Of a DNA stretch of 46,182 nt, positions 45,473 to 46,182 are shown one piece after another. The notes beneath the pieces are model-generated. The model saw only the letters and a list, made by a program, of their open reading frames with translations. It had not been told where the DNA came from and made no database searches. A program made the translations under genes and the position numbers. Within the stretch, counting starts at the first letter, position 1. Each line of letters starts with the position of its first letter. The stretch lies in NCBI GenBank assembly GCA_016779705.1, contig JADHNB010000003.1:1-46182 (forward strand). The letters run 5' to 3'. Source of the stretch: Poseidonia sp. GTDB lineage: Archaea > Thermoplasmatota > Poseidoniia > Poseidoniales > Poseidoniaceae.

Positions 45473-46182
45473 ATGGGCGTTGGCTACAAGTTGTTTGCAC
45501 GCCCGGCGCTCGCGTTGCAAGATTCCGAACGGGCCCACAAACGAAGTCTGCGGATGCTACGGTGGATGGCGGCGACAGCTCCCGGACGTCTGATGCTACG
45601 CTCGCTCTACGCGCCCCGGCGCACGGTGCCGGTCAACCTGTTCGGGCATGAATACAAACACCCGCTTGGACTTGCTGCTGGGATGGACAAAAACGCAGAA
45701 GCGCTGCGAGGATGGGATGCCATCGGCCTCGCCTTCATTGAAATTGGTGGGGTGACCATGCTCGGCCAAGAAGGGAACCCAAAACCTCGGATGTTTCGAG
45801 CCGACGCCTCGAAAGCTCTGGTCAACCGCATGGGGTTCAACAACCAAGGCAGTGAAGCGATTCAACGCCACCTTGAGGCCCATGTTCGTCGCTACGGTCG
45901 GCCAAAGGCCCCGCTCTGGGTGAACCTTGGAAAATCGAAGGTGACCTCCTTGGAGGATGCGCACACCGATTACGCCACCACCATGGAACGTCTTTGGAAG
46001 CACACGGACGTTTTTGTCATCAACGTCTCCTCTCCAAACACCCCTAAATTGCGGACCCTCCAAAGCGATGAGGGTCTCAAACGGATTCTCGTCGCTTGTC
46101 ACGAAGTCAACCAACGCCTCACAGCGTCAACCACCAACGATGAAATCCCGTTGTTGGTCAAAATCGCCCCCGATGTCGATGA
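45473..46182 (+). CDS. pyrD: Dihydroorotate dehydrogenase (quinone, class 2), truncated by the window end
   Basis: Own translation: MGVGYKLFARP...PLGLAAGMDKNAE...QEGNPKPRMFR...NRMGFNNQG...VNLGKSK...INVSSPNT...LVKIAPD; absent from the ORF track because it has no stop in the window. Confidence 0.95.
   Translation, partial: MGVGYKLFARPALALQDSERAHKRSLRMLRWMAATAPGRLMLRSLYAPRRTVPVNLFGHEYKHPLGLAAGMDKNAEALRGWDAIGLAFIEIGGVTMLGQEGNPKPRMFRADASKALVNRMGFNNQGSEAIQRHLEAHVRRYGRPKAPLWVNLGKSKVTSLEDAHTDYATTMERLWKHTDVFVINVSSPNTPKLRTLQSDEGLKRILVACHEVNQRLTASTTNDEIPLLVKIAPDVD

Overview
Chromosomal segment of an archaeon, most likely Marine Group II / Ca. Poseidoniales. This is inferred from archaeal-type AlaRS, ValRS, SHMT, RtcB, geranylgeranyl reductase and tRNAs occurring alongside bacterial-type RmuC, TopB, class 2 PyrD, PepP and MqnC, plus large acidic Ca-binding-repeat surface proteins. 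The window holds two tRNAs (Ser-GGA, Thr-GGT) and about 30 CDSs; I saw no mobile elements or CRISPR arrays. The most striking part is a compact putative damage-inducible mutagenesis ('mutasome'-like) cassette at 11.7-16.5 kb: a small helical protein, PolB2, a RecA/RadA-like protein and an intact DinB/PolY. Both polymerases carry C-terminal clamp-binding motifs, and two of the cassette promoters share a CTTTCACTT upstream element resembling archaeal UV-response motifs. Other notable items are a lipoprotein with Asp-rich repeats and a PNGase F-like catalytic domain, a giant Asp-rich surface protein with an embedded lysine-less biotinyl/lipoyl-like domain, candidate V4R-like and arrestin-fold proteins, and a recurring non-canonical TATA (TTSAA) about 29 nt upstream of start codons. 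All family calls come from motif recognition by eye, not database searches.
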